From positions 25,172,001 to 25,236,000 of the forward strand of contig CAIIXF020000001.1 in assembly GCA_903813345.2 (NCBI GenBank): a stretch of 64,000 bases of DNA. Reading direction: 5' to 3'. Below, one piece after another: positions 63,001-64,000 of the stretch; the stretch's first letter is position 1, and each line of letters begins with the position of its first letter. The position numbers and the translations under genes are program-made. Source of the stretch: Owenia fusiformis (lineage: Eukaryota). The notes below the pieces were generated by a model. It had not been told where the DNA came from, did not search any database, and worked only from the letters and a program-made list of their open reading frames with translations.

Positions 63001-63803
63001 ACCCCCCTATCACACCAAACTAGTTCTTACCCGTTCTTGCCAGTCCTACGAAAACGTCGTAAAACGGGCTCAATCTGGCTGTGGTCGGGAAATATATGTC
63101 TAAAATAATTAGCTACTTCGTCCATAAACAGTTTTCAATACGTCCATGTCATTCGCAGTTCGTTCAGGTCGCACCACGTCGGTGTGCAACGTCGTATAAC
63201 GCGTCCCTAAGTCTAGAAGGTCATCAATCATGACCTGATTACAGAACGGTATGGTCGCCATCGAATTTTGAATCCTTTCAAAATTCTAAAATCACCTTCC
63301 CGTCTGAGAAAGTTCATGAAGTTCGTAAATAGACCTTAGAAAGTTGCAGCTACATTCATTCCGTTCGCACACAGTTTAAAACCAGTTTTGAAGAACGCAG
63401 TGGCAACTTGTTTGGTGTGATAGCTATATTTTTGCTAACTCGTTCATAAGCAGTCTTTTAACGTTTTAGTCAGTTTAAGCCCGTTTTCAATTAGTTCTAC
63501 CTCGTTCTCAATACGTCCTCAGACAGTTCAACTCGTTGTAAAAACGTCCGGATTGAAGTAAGACGGTTCCGTTCGTAGTACGTCCAGCTCGTCGTTAGTA
63601 CGTTGTCACTCGTTCTAATTGTAGAACGTGACGACCGTGAGAACATTTTGAGCATGTTCCAAGTTCCAGAGGACCTACCCGTTCGAGTACGTTCGATGAA
63701 GTTTGTAAAATAGACCCCAAACGGTTCTAAGTACTCCAGTCCGTTCGTACACAGTTGAAACCCGTTTTCGAGAACGTAGTGAGAACTAGTTTGGTGTGAT
63801 AGT
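63001..63803 (-). mobile_element. Family A TIR element, copy 4
   Basis: Reverse complement of copy 1 along its length; TA before 63001; the other TIR lacks its last ~5 bp. Confidence 0.85.
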
Positions 63804-64000
63804 TCATAAACAGAACTAGCATCATAATTAAAATATTTCATCCCGACCACATCCCGTTAAACGAATTTGTGTCTGAAAATTCGTTCTGAGGGTTACGGCA
63901 CATTACCCTGCGTGCAGAGTCTAGTTAAACTACGAAGCTCTCTTTTAAGAAGTGAAGTCAAACGAATGCAAAGGGTACGGCACATGGGCCTCTCAGTTCG

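Overview
AT-rich eukaryotic genomic DNA from an invertebrate animal; a lophotrochozoan such as a mollusc is my best guess, not established. Genes: (1) a complete 25-exon TRPA1 channel on the + strand (9339-23561, about 1239 aa, ~17 ankyrin repeats, 6 TM, C-terminal coiled coil; all junctions GT-AG and phase-consistent); (2) a two-exon gene of about 388 aa with no recognisable domain (29128-35665, +); (3) two tandem class A GPCR paralogues on the - strand with uninterrupted CDSs, both lacking the DRY arginine (NQY, SQT). The rest is rich in mostly non-autonomous transposons. These include a 5.3-kb Academ-like foldback inside a 76-bp satellite, carrying a domain-permuted Hero/R2-type retrotransposon relic; five copies of a dimeric TIR element; a mariner relic; 9-bp-TSD MITEs; a CAC-ended, 5-bp-TSD Transib-like palindrome; a nested tandem element with a triplicated 8-bp target; and dispersed hairpins with asymmetric CTCG cores. 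I see no CRISPR array, rRNA or intact tRNA. I cannot demonstrate a wholly new system; the best leads are the atypical GPCR pair, the CTCG-core hairpins, the Transib-like element, the permuted retroelement and the orphan gene. Homology statements come from recalled family motifs, not database searches.
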